Of a stretch of 32,000 nt of DNA, positions 1 through 8,723 are shown piece by piece. A program made the position numbers and the translations under genes. This stretch comes from Candidatus Saccharimonadota bacterium (GTDB lineage Bacteria > Pseudomonadota > Alphaproteobacteria > CAJXXZ01 > 1604HC): positions 240,001-272,000 of the forward strand of contig NZ_CP043316.1 in NCBI RefSeq assembly GCF_008189405.1. The letters run 5' to 3'. Position 1 is the stretch's first letter; the number at the start of each line of letters is the position of its first letter. The notes below the pieces were generated by a model that worked only from the letters and a program-made list of their open reading frames with translations, made no database searches and was not told where the DNA came from.

Positions 1-866
1 TCACTTTCTTTAGTTTGAGAGTTAAAAGAATATATATCCCCACCTTTACTATATAAAATATTACTTTCATTATATTTTGAAATATCTTTTACATAAAAAT
101 CATTATGACTTGTTTCCTGAGTCCATGTTTTTTCTTCCATATTATACTGGTAGATATTTCCAATTCCGTTATGATCACTTAGGAAATATAATTTATCTTG
201 TACCCATATTGGATCTAGAGCATTGCTATTTTCAAAAGGCAATTTAATAAAATTGCTATCTGTTTTTTGATTGGTATTATGGTTTTCAGCAGAATCATTA
301 TTTGTATCTTGTGAAATATTATTAATGTTTAAAGTGTTTTGTGAGGAATAATTATTCCCAATCCATAAATCACCGACAGTTCCACCTTTATACTCACGCC
401 AATTATGATATCCATATCCGAACCTTTGAATTACAGGGATGTTTTTGCTGTTCCATGTAATTGAATTTGCATATCCACAAGGAATTCTTTCTTTTTCTCC
501 ACTATTAATATTTAGTTTAAAAATGTTGCATTCTTTTCTAAATGCTTGCTCGTAACTAGTAGCATATACAACAGTCTTATTATCAAACCACCCTATAACA
601 TATGTAGAACTTCCATAAAATGTTTTTCTAATTGGCTTGTGTGAATTGACATCTATTATATAAACATCAGCCTTACTATCTTCTGATCCTGTAAAAGCTA
701 AATATTGTCCATTTGGTGATAATGCTAAATCTCGTGCAGGGTTTTTTAGCAATGCCCACCTATTTAAACCATTACTTTCAGACCATGACCATAATGTTTC
801 ATGAGAAACCATATAAATTTTATCTTTATGACCTACTGGATATCTATAATATTGACTTAATGACAT
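1..866 (-). CDS. Tricorn-protease-like (S41-type) protein, N-terminal beta-propeller part. Partial: the 3' end runs off the window.
   Basis: Absent from the ORF track because it is open to the window edge. The minus-strand ATG at 866..864 gives MSLSQYYRYPVGHKDKIYMVSHETLWSW..LSPNGQYLAFTG..ADVYIID..HNWREYKGGTVGDLWIG..DPIWVQDKLYFLSDHNGIGNIYQY. This follows the tricorn N-terminal pattern (P.IHGD.I.FV..DDLW, SPDG..IAF, W+.YRGGT.G.IWI, P.W...IYF.SD..G..N.Y). Confidence 0.6.
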   Translation of the reverse strand, partial: MSLSQYYRYPVGHKDKIYMVSHETLWSWSESNGLNRWALLKNPARDLALSPNGQYLAFTGSEDSKADVYIIDVNSHKPIRKTFYGSSTYVIGWFDNKTVVYATSYEQAFRKECNIFKLNINSGEKERIPCGYANSITWNSKNIPVIQRFGYGYHNWREYKGGTVGDLWIGNNYSSQNTLNINNISQDTNNDSAENHNTNQKTDSNFIKLPFENSNALDPIWVQDKLYFLSDHNGIGNIYQYNMEEKTWTQETSHNDFYVKDISKYNESNILYSKGGDIYSFNSQTKES

Positions 867-967
867 ATGTAAATTGTCGCAAAAATACACATATAATCAT
901 AGAGTTTTAGTCATGAAATTTTGATAAATTTTATAATATTAGTATTAATTTATATACTGATTTAATT

Positions 968-2635
968 TTATGCAGACAATGTGAATAATTCATAATCTTT
1001 AGTAGAGTTGATTAAGTTATTATCAGGAGTATCTATAATGTATGCCCTAAGCATGATTACAGTTTCTTCATAAATTTCTTCATTGTTTGTTTGCCCTAAT
1101 ATAGGTGCTTTTCTTACTCCTGGGATTCCCTTTTTCTTTCTATCGCTTGATTTCTTAATTAACCCTCCAATAATTACTAAATCACCATCATCAACTCTTA
1201 TAGTACTGTCCATTTCTTGAGTTGAAATTATAGGGACTTCAGAAGTAATGTTTTTGTTTTTAGACATTAATGTTACAGCTGGATCTTGTAAAGTTTTTGC
1301 AACATCTGAAATGGTTGGATGGATAGATAGAGTGATTGTTCTATTTCTAAAATCTATAGATGGTTGTACAGATAATATAGTACCAACTGGAACAGTGTTT
1401 ATTTCACTACTAAATGTGCTAGTTGTTTGTTGTACACCATTTGTATCTAATCCATATTTATGAGATAAGTATGATTGTTTTAAATTGAAGTATATTTTAT
1501 TTTGTGCAACCTTGAATACAGCATACTGATTATTTAATACTGTTGTGGTTGGGTTTGATACGGTCGATACTTCACCAAAATTTTCTAACAAATTAATTAA
1601 CTCTTCTTTGTTTCCATTTTCCGAAATCAGTACTTTGAATGCGTTAGAATCAGGTTTTTCAGAGCTAAGTGCAATATCAGCTTTGTTTTTGAGGCTTTTG
1701 TATATGTTTAGTGAGTTCCAATTTATTCCTGTCTTTAATTCATGATTTAAAGCTACTGAAAGTACTTTTGCTTCTATTAAAACTTGGCTTGCAGCTCTTT
1801 TATGCATATGAATTAAAAATTCATGAACTTTTCTATGCTGTAATTGTGTGCCTCGTACAATTAAAATTCCTGCTTGTTTGTTGATTGTATATTTAGGCTT
1901 ATCATGATTTGTTGATTTTTTATTGGATTCAGCTTTATTATAATTATGATTATAACTACTATTATAGCTATCACTATCATTACTTCTCAAAGCGCCATTA
2001 GAATTATTGTTAGAATTGCTAGATTCATTAGGTTGAGTATTATCATTAAGTTTTATGACTCTTAACTTTTTCTTCTTTGCTCCACTAAGTATAAAGTTTA
2101 GATTTGTCTCTATCTCTTTCCATAAATCACTAGTATGAGTACTGTTTAAATTAGTTGAAGATCCTATATTAAGCCCTCCCTTTGCTCCAGAATTAATATT
2201 TGTTGATGTTGTAGCATTTCGTACATTGGACAAAAATGTTATTTCATGGAAATGTTCGTATTTGTCATTATGCATAATATTAATTTCGTAACCTTGAATC
2301 TGAATACGTAGGTCAGATAATTCACATATTTTCTTTATTGCCTCTAATACAGTAATGTTTTTACATGTGAAAAAAATATTTCTATCCTCTAACTCATGTT
2401 CAAAATTTACTACTAATTGATTTTGCATAGATAATTTCTTAATAAGATCAATTGCAGAATGGTTAGGGATGGACATATCGATTTTGTTTTTCCATCCAGA
2501 TGGTACTTCAATCACTTTTTTTACTTTCTTTCTCACTATTGGTTTGCCTTTGCTTATTTCTTTATTAAAATGCTTTGGTCTCTCCAATTGTTTAGTACAT
2601 CCAAATAGTAAAAGTGAAATTAACGCATATTTCAT
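968..2635 (-). CDS. Outer-membrane secretin, lipoprotein type (MshL/PilN/PilQ-like)
   Basis: 555-aa ORF. The N-terminus MKYALISLLLFGC has a lipobox. The C-terminus carries secretin-domain motifs (VPVGTILSVQPSIDF..ITLSIHPTISDV..VPIISTQEMDSTIRVDDGDLVIIGGLI..KGIPGV..PILG..VIMLRAYII). The central region holds an N/S-rich low-complexity insert. Confidence 0.75.
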   Translation of the reverse strand: MKYALISLLLFGCTKQLERPKHFNKEISKGKPIVRKKVKKVIEVPSGWKNKIDMSIPNHSAIDLIKKLSMQNQLVVNFEHELEDRNIFFTCKNITVLEAIKKICELSDLRIQIQGYEINIMHNDKYEHFHEITFLSNVRNATTSTNINSGAKGGLNIGSSTNLNSTHTSDLWKEIETNLNFILSGAKKKKLRVIKLNDNTQPNESSNSNNNSNGALRSNDSDSYNSSYNHNYNKAESNKKSTNHDKPKYTINKQAGILIVRGTQLQHRKVHEFLIHMHKRAASQVLIEAKVLSVALNHELKTGINWNSLNIYKSLKNKADIALSSEKPDSNAFKVLISENGNKEELINLLENFGEVSTVSNPTTTVLNNQYAVFKVAQNKIYFNLKQSYLSHKYGLDTNGVQQTTSTFSSEINTVPVGTILSVQPSIDFRNRTITLSIHPTISDVAKTLQDPAVTLMSKNKNITSEVPIISTQEMDSTIRVDDGDLVIIGGLIKKSSDRKKKGIPGVRKAPILGQTNNEEIYEETVIMLRAYIIDTPDNNLINSTKDYELFTLSA

Positions 2636-2782
2636 TATTTAAACGATACTAGTAATTTGCATGCTAATCAATGGAATAATTTAGATAACGAGTTAAGAAA
2701 GGTAATGATAAATTTATGCTCATATTAAATCAATGGTAAAATTGTATTGTTTTATATTAATTAATGATTAAACTATGATGTT

Positions 2783-3025
2783 CTATTTTTCTCTAAAGAC
2801 AATAATACCTTTTTGTAGATTATCTGAATTTACATTAAGGCGTACTTTGTCCCCTATTGTGATACGAATCTTATTATTTTTGATTCTTCCCGAAAGTGAG
2901 GCAGCAATTCTTGTATTTTCTTTTACTTTTGTTTTTGTTTTTACTTCTTCTTGCAATAAAACTATTATTCTACCAGCACATATAGATTCTACTATTCCAT
3001 AAAATTGAATTGAAGTAGAACTCAT
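2783..3025 (-). CDS. infA: Translation initiation factor IF-1
   Basis: 80 aa. SLSGRIKNNKIRITIGDKVRLNVNSDNLQKGIIVFR aligns with E. coli IF-1 [36 protein letters not shown]. A short K-rich insertion lies upstream of this block. Confidence 0.85.
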   Translation of the reverse strand: MSSTSIQFYGIVESICAGRIIVLLQEEVKTKTKVKENTRIAASLSGRIKNNKIRITIGDKVRLNVNSDNLQKGIIVFREK

Positions 3026-3143
3026 TTAACTAATCTTTCATTCATAGGAATACAATTATATGTTTTATATTGTGAAAAGTCCATAATACAGTGTATTAAC
3101 ATGTTATTTTGATGTGTTTTAATATGTATGATATTATGTGGTC

Positions 3144-4451
3144 ATGTACAACAAAATATTTCTATTTCTTATGATGTCTATGTATGTAGATGCTAATAAT
3201 AAAACAGTTGAGAAAAATAATGATGCAATCAAGAGTGCAGTTATAAAACAGTCTAATATATCAGATCATATTGTACGTTTAATTGTGCAATCGAACTATT
3301 ATCCAAATGATTATAATGTTGCAAAAAATGATGAGACAAATAGAAAAGCATTGAAAAATATGGTAGAAAATCACCATTTCACAGGTATTATATTTGATAA
3401 TTATATTATTACAGATTTGAACTCTATCCAATCTAAGCAAAATATTTATATGATGCGTAACGGAAAAAGAATACTTTTAGAAAAAGTTGGATATGATGAA
3501 AACACTTCTGTAGCTGTTTTCAAAATAAATGCAAAAATTAATATCAAATATAATAAATTTGCTTCTCCTAAATTAGGCGATAATATTAAAATTATGGGAT
3601 CTAATAGTGTTTTTGGAGCTATGGTATCTCAATCCATATCAAATACAGCCTTCCTAATAGATAGAAAGTTACCTCAGCATATATATGGAGGTGCTGTTGT
3701 TAATAATAAAAATGAATTGTTAGGAATGATTATATCTAATAAAGAAGAATATCAGCAAAAAGCTATAGCAATTAATGCATTAAAAAACATCATTTCCCAA
3801 ATTATAAAATATGGCAGGGTAATTAAGGCGTTTCATGGAATGCAAATTGAGAATGGTATTATTATTTCTGTAGAAAAAAACAGCCCTGCACAAGCAGCTG
3901 GCTTAACAGAAGGTTTTATAATCAAAAAGGTAAATGATAAATTGGTATCAAAAAATGCAGATCTGGATAAATATAAGCCTGGAGAAATATTGAAAATTAA
4001 TTTCGAATTTACAGATCATAATGGTATAAAGCATGCACCTGAAACTAGATTAGTATTATCTGAAAATGTTAGTTTAAGCGAACCTATAACAAATTATCAT
4101 ATTAAGCTTGATGCTTATGTCTTTATGAATGGAAATAATAGTGCATACTTACAAGGTATTGAGAATACGCCACAAGAATTACAAGAATATGCAATGAAAT
4201 CTGTGCAGAAATTACCAAGAATGTTTAATAAATACAAAACTGAAGCAGAAATGCTGTCTGGTATTTTAGTTTTAGATACAGAAAATAATAGTGTATTGAA
4301 ATATGGAGATATTATTAAGCTAATTAATCATGAACCTGCAACAATGTTACGGTTACATTCTAATTATACATCTCTTAGAACTAAGCAAAGAAATACATTA
4401 ACATTATCTGTTATTAGGAATGGTAAATTAATTCAAATTCCAATTAAATAG
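3144..4451 (+). CDS. HtrA/DegP-family periplasmic protein with two PDZ-like regions; the catalytic triad appears lost
   Basis: Signal-peptide-like N-terminus MYNKIFLFLMMSMYVDA. The track starts at GTG 3138, but ATG 3144 is more likely. Trypsin-fold blocks are recognisable (TGIIFDNYIITDLNSI, TSVAVFKI, HIYGGAVVNNKNELLGMIIS). PDZ-like blocks are also present (ISVEKNSPAQAAGLTEGFIIKKVNDKLV and GILVLDTENNSVLKYGDIIKLINHEP). Confidence 0.65.
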   Translation: MYNKIFLFLMMSMYVDANNKTVEKNNDAIKSAVIKQSNISDHIVRLIVQSNYYPNDYNVAKNDETNRKALKNMVENHHFTGIIFDNYIITDLNSIQSKQNIYMMRNGKRILLEKVGYDENTSVAVFKINAKINIKYNKFASPKLGDNIKIMGSNSVFGAMVSQSISNTAFLIDRKLPQHIYGGAVVNNKNELLGMIISNKEEYQQKAIAINALKNIISQIIKYGRVIKAFHGMQIENGIIISVEKNSPAQAAGLTEGFIIKKVNDKLVSKNADLDKYKPGEILKINFEFTDHNGIKHAPETRLVLSENVSLSEPITNYHIKLDAYVFMNGNNSAYLQGIENTPQELQEYAMKSVQKLPRMFNKYKTEAEMLSGILVLDTENNSVLKYGDIIKLINHEPATMLRLHSNYTSLRTKQRNTLTLSVIRNGKLIQIPIK

Positions 4452-4637
4452 ATAGTAAAAAGCAAATTAAGTAGAGAGTGAAAAATAGTAAAATTAGCAA
4501 AAATTTTAGATAAAATAGAAAATATAAAGTAAGTATGAAAAAATCTGATTAATATATCTTGTTATTTACTCAATTTTCTTGATTTCAATGTTATTATGGT
4601 TACTATATTTTATATTATTAATTATGGTTGATTTGAC

Positions 4638-5558
4638 TTAACAAATTATTTTCGATAATTGTATATAAATTTCTACTGGAATATTATTAGGTCTTACGCT
4701 CATATCTAGGCCATTATTTTGAATAATTTCTTCTGCTTTAGGAAAACCTTTTAAGTTATTACGAATCGTTTTGCGTGGATTTGAGAATGCAGCTTTTAAT
4801 ATTATATCCAATTTTTCTAAATCAATATTTTCTGTATCCACTTTGCCTAAATCAATTTTTTCATTATTTTTATCCTTATTACTCTGATCTATATGCTCAT
4901 TATTGGCGTGTATATTGCCTTTATTCTTTTTTGTAATATATATAACTTCTGAATATACTTTTGGAGGTGGAGAGAAACAGCCAGGAGGAACTGTTAGGAT
5001 CTTCTTTGTATTAGCAACGCTTTGTATAAAAACAGATATTCGGCCATATGATCTGTCATTACACTTTGCGCATATTTTATCTGCCACTTCTTTTTGTATG
5101 AGGAAAATACCATGCTCGAATTTATTTATAAAGTTTATAAATTTAATTATAATTGGTGCTGATATATTATATGGGAGATTCCCTACTAAAATATAATTTG
5201 GCAACTCATCAAAATTAGTGTTTAGTATGTCTTTATTAAATATTGTAAAATCTTGATTAGAAAATAAGGAATTTAGATGTACGATAAACCTTTTATCTTT
5301 TTCAATTGCAAGTAATTTCTTACAACCATATTCGAATAAGTACTTTGTCAATTGCCCTGTACCAGGGCCTATTTCTATAATTGATTCACTCAATTGATTC
5401 GCGAAAGATGCAATGTACGATAACTTGTTAGTATCTATAAGATAGTGTTGTCCAAGATTTTTCTTAGGTGCTATAACATTAGCATTGCTTTGATTATTGC
5501 GTTTCAAATAATGATCTTTTTTATAGCTGTCATTACGGCTATTCATATTACCCTTCAA
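4638..5558 (-). CDS. rsmA: 16S rRNA (adenine1518/1519-N6) dimethyltransferase
   Basis: KKNLGQHYLID, IIEIGPGTGQLTKYL, LAIEKDKRF and VGNLPYNISAPII match KsgA/RsmA motifs. An N/K/D-rich insertion lies near residues 215-245. Confidence 0.9.
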   Translation of the reverse strand: MKGNMNSRNDSYKKDHYLKRNNQSNANVIAPKKNLGQHYLIDTNKLSYIASFANQLSESIIEIGPGTGQLTKYLFEYGCKKLLAIEKDKRFIVHLNSLFSNQDFTIFNKDILNTNFDELPNYILVGNLPYNISAPIIIKFINFINKFEHGIFLIQKEVADKICAKCNDRSYGRISVFIQSVANTKKILTVPPGCFSPPPKVYSEVIYITKKNKGNIHANNEHIDQSNKDKNNEKIDLGKVDTENIDLEKLDIILKAAFSNPRKTIRNNLKGFPKAEEIIQNNGLDMSVRPNNIPVEIYIQLSKIIC

Positions 5559-6309
5559 TCGATATGCATGGTTTATATAACCTAATTTGATCTTGCATGA
5601 ATTGTTTTTTATATTCTTCTTTGATTAAATTTAAATATTGGTCGCTATCTATGATAATGCTGTCCACTATATAGAAAAATGTGTACTCTCCATTTTCAAA
5701 TATAATATCACTGAAATTGCCTTTAATAGTACTTTGAATAGCATATGAGGATTTTGTGTTTAATTGGAAATTCATAATAGGCATTTTGAACTCTGTGAAA
5801 TTATCAGATGCAGTGGCAATTATTTTGTATTCATCCTTATTAACTAAATCTAACTGGTTCCTTATTTTTTCTGCTTTTGATTTTTGTTTGTTTGATATTT
5901 TCCAAACTATAAAGCTTCTAATAAAGTTTTGTTTGATTTTTTGTAACAGCTCTTTGCTTGCATAAGAATCAGAATATTTAGCACTGTTCTTGATTTGATA
6001 TGATAGTGTTAAATAAGTAGCTAGATCATTTGCTTCTTGCGTATCTTTATTTGGCAAACTAGATAAAATATGCGCAAATAGCTTTGTATTTATAGGAATT
6101 TTCTTGTTTTTAAAGACAAATTTTAAAGTTTCTAAATCTATAATATATTCTTTGGCATCATTGAATTTGATTTGGTATATAGCTTGCAATTCTTTAGAGT
6201 TAAGAAATAATGCAGTTTTTTGCAATTGTTGTTTTGAGACACACCTATTTCCTATTTTCATAGAATTAATATGCAAAAATGACAATGTAATCAGAAAGTA
6301 CTTAATCAT
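5548..6309 (-). CDS. Secreted protein, possibly a degenerate SurA-like chaperone / parvulin-type PPIase
   Basis: N-terminal signal-like segment MIKYFLITLSFLHINS. The ORF sits immediately upstream of rsmA and overlaps it by 11 nt, which is the position surA holds in the lptD-surA-pdxA-rsmA arrangement. A weak parvulin-like pattern is present (KAEKIRNQL..DEYKIIATASDNF....GNFSDIIFENGEYTFFYIVDSI). Confidence 0.35.
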   Translation of the reverse strand: MIKYFLITLSFLHINSMKIGNRCVSKQQLQKTALFLNSKELQAIYQIKFNDAKEYIIDLETLKFVFKNKKIPINTKLFAHILSSLPNKDTQEANDLATYLTLSYQIKNSAKYSDSYASKELLQKIKQNFIRSFIVWKISNKQKSKAEKIRNQLDLVNKDEYKIIATASDNFTEFKMPIMNFQLNTKSSYAIQSTIKGNFSDIIFENGEYTFFYIVDSIIIDSDQYLNLIKEEYKKQFMQDQIRLYKPCISIEG

Positions 6310-6519
6310 TATGTTATTATGATATTTATTTTATATTTTGCCAACTGAATTGTTTGTATATTAGCTGTTTTTTCATATTAGCGTTAATTTATAGATACTT
6401 TATATTATGCGAATATATTAGTATGAGCCTATAGATTCTCATTTTATATGTTAGCTTATAGACATTTTATAAATTGTAAACTATGATCTGTATAATCAAT
6501 TTTAGGAGAAGCCTTCGTT

Positions 6520-7917
6520 ATGAATATCTCATCAGAAGATAAATCTATTAAATCTAATAATAAAGATTCTATTAAGTATAGTGACAAAGATACTAAGAAT
6601 AAGCCTATGATAAAGAACAAAGTTGAAAACAAATCACCAGTGGTAAAAAGTAAAGCTGAAAATAATCTAATGATAAATTTGTGTGAATTAAGAGGCAAGA
6701 AAAATACAGAGTTAGTTAAGATTGCAACATCACTTGATTTGAATTTAGATGATATTAAGAATAAAGATCTATTATTAGAAATTATTAGAGAATATTCTAA
6801 TCGTGGATATGATATTAAAGCAGAAGGAACCTTAGAAGTTATTAATGAAGGATACGGTTTTGTAAGATTTGCAGCCGAAGATTATACAATTTCAGATGAT
6901 GATGTGCATGTACATCAGCAGTTTATAGGAAAATTGAATTTAAAGCCTGGAGATGTAGTAGAAATTTTACTTAAAATTCCAGAAAACAATAAAAATTATT
7001 CTGTTAAAAAAGTCATTTCTATTAATAGTAAACCAGCTAAAAGAATACTTGGAAGAACATCATTTGATTCTTTGACAGCATTATATCCAGACAGAAAAAT
7101 GAAGTTAGAAATTAATAGAGAAAATCTAAGCTTAAGAACTTTAGATTGTATTGCTCCTATAGGATTTGGTCAAAGAGCTTTGATTGTTGCTCCACCTAGA
7201 ACTGGTAAAACTAGTTTGCTGCAAAATATTGCTAATGCGATTCATCATAACTATAAAGATTCTGTAGAATTGATGGTTTTATTAGTTGGAGAAAGACCTG
7301 AAGAAGTTACAGATATGAAAAGGTCTGTGCACGGTGAAGTGATTAGTTCAACATTTGATGAGCCTGCTTCTCGTCATGTGAAAGTTGCAGATATTGTAAT
7401 AGAAAAAGCAAAACGTATGGTTGAAGATGGCAAAGACGTTGTGATTTTAATGGATTCCATTACTCGTTTAGCAAGGGCTTATAATAGTGTGATTCCATCA
7501 TCTGGTAAAGTTTTAACTGGTGGTGTTGATGCTCATGCGCTGCAATATCCTAAGAAATTCTTTGGATCAGCTAGAAATGTAGAAGAAGGCGGTTCACTTA
7601 CAATTATCGCAACTGCTTTGGTTGATACTGGATCACGAATGGACGAAGTGATTTTTGAAGAATTCAAAGGTACTGGTAATGCTGATATAATTCTTGATAG
7701 AAGATCAGCTGATAAAAGGATTTTCCCTGCATTAGATATTATTAAATCTGGTACAAGAAAAGAAGAGTTACTTAGAGATGCAGATGAGTTATCAAAAATT
7801 TGGCTTATTCGCAGAATAATATCTGATATGAATACAGTTGAAGCTTTAGAATTCCTATTAGATAAACTGCATAGTACAAAAGATAATGAGCATTTTTTTA
7901 GAATAATGAATAGTTAA
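6520..7917 (+). CDS. rho: Transcription termination factor Rho
   Basis: LNLCELRGKKNTELVKIA is the Rho N-terminal helix bundle. GYGFVR marks the RNA-binding domain. GFGQRALIVAPPRTGKT is the Walker A motif, followed by VLLVGERPEEVTDM and IFPALDI..SGTRKEELL. AGGAGA lies 11 nt upstream of ATG 6520. An alternative start at ATG 6670 would remove a 50-aa K/N-rich extension. Confidence 0.95.
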   Translation: MNISSEDKSIKSNNKDSIKYSDKDTKNKPMIKNKVENKSPVVKSKAENNLMINLCELRGKKNTELVKIATSLDLNLDDIKNKDLLLEIIREYSNRGYDIKAEGTLEVINEGYGFVRFAAEDYTISDDDVHVHQQFIGKLNLKPGDVVEILLKIPENNKNYSVKKVISINSKPAKRILGRTSFDSLTALYPDRKMKLEINRENLSLRTLDCIAPIGFGQRALIVAPPRTGKTSLLQNIANAIHHNYKDSVELMVLLVGERPEEVTDMKRSVHGEVISSTFDEPASRHVKVADIVIEKAKRMVEDGKDVVILMDSITRLARAYNSVIPSSGKVLTGGVDAHALQYPKKFFGSARNVEEGGSLTIIATALVDTGSRMDEVIFEEFKGTGNADIILDRRSADKRIFPALDIIKSGTRKEELLRDADELSKIWLIRRIISDMNTVEALEFLLDKLHSTKDNEHFFRIMNS

Positions 7918-7999
7918 GTAGATTTTTAAATAGGTTGTATAGACCATATAGGCCAAACAAACCATTTAAAGAGCGCAAGAAAAGTTAGGAAGGTAATGT

Positions 8000-8608
8000 A
8001 TTAAGAAATATTGTATATATACCGATGAGGTAGGCTACGGTGCTTGGGCTGGACCTGTAGTGGTTTGTAGTGTTCTATCTCAAGAAGTAGCAAATGCACA
8101 AATTAAAGATTCTATAAGAGATTCTAAGTCTCTAACTAAAAATGCAAGGTATAAACTATTACATGTGATTAAACAAAAACATATGTTTGCGATTGCATGG
8201 TTACATGCTGTTGATATAGATAAATTTGGATTACGTGTAGCTACTGATAAGGCCATAGTGCAATCTTGGAGCATATTGTTAAGTAGGTATAAGTTAAATG
8301 TACAAACAAATCTTTTTGGTGAAAGATTATTAGATATTGTTATAGATGGTAAATATATTCCTAAAACAGAGCATAATGTAAAAAGTATCATTAATGGAGA
8401 TAAAAATAACTTGATGATATCATATGCATCAATTATTGCTAAAGAAACTAGAGATGCATATATGTGTGAATTACATAAAATATATAAAGAATATTCATGG
8501 AATTCTAATGTTGGATATGGCACAATCAAACATCGAGATGCAATTGCAGCATATGGAGTCACTAAACATCATAGAAAAAGCTATAAACCATTACAAAAAT
8601 ATATTTAA
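8000..8608 (+). CDS. rnhB: Ribonuclease HII; start codon uncertain
   Basis: The track ORF starts at GTG 8060, but the frame is open back to 7997. That upstream stretch encodes DEVGYGAWAGPVVVCSV, equivalent to the catalytic DEAGRGPLAGPVV motif. No ATG, GTG or TTG lies upstream of the motif, only ATT 8000 and ATA 8015. The C-terminal part contains DSK.L....R and GDK....ASI.AK blocks. Confidence 0.75.
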   Translation: MKKYCIYTDEVGYGAWAGPVVVCSVLSQEVANAQIKDSIRDSKSLTKNARYKLLHVIKQKHMFAIAWLHAVDIDKFGLRVATDKAIVQSWSILLSRYKLNVQTNLFGERLLDIVIDGKYIPKTEHNVKSIINGDKNNLMISYASIIAKETRDAYMCELHKIYKEYSWNSNVGYGTIKHRDAIAAYGVTKHHRKSYKPLQKYI

Positions 8609-8723
8609 TGCATTATGTATACAGTAATCATTTTATATGTTGTTCATTATTCTTTGTGTATTGAGGAAATATAAATATAGAAATATTAAGTATATATTGA
8701 GTGTTGTATGTGCATAATACATA

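Noticed and set aside
713-910. 65-aa plus-strand ORF in the track
   Set aside because: It lies antisense to, and inside, the well-supported tricorn-like CDS. It has no recognisable motifs and is a typical AT-rich shadow ORF.
1248-1745. Two plus-strand ORFs (71 and 66 aa) inside the secretin gene
   Set aside because: Both are antisense shadow ORFs within a CDS that has strong family motifs.
8080-8562. 160-aa minus-strand ORF
   Set aside because: It is entirely antisense to rnhB, which carries conserved RNase HII motifs. Its sequence is hydrophobic and low-information.
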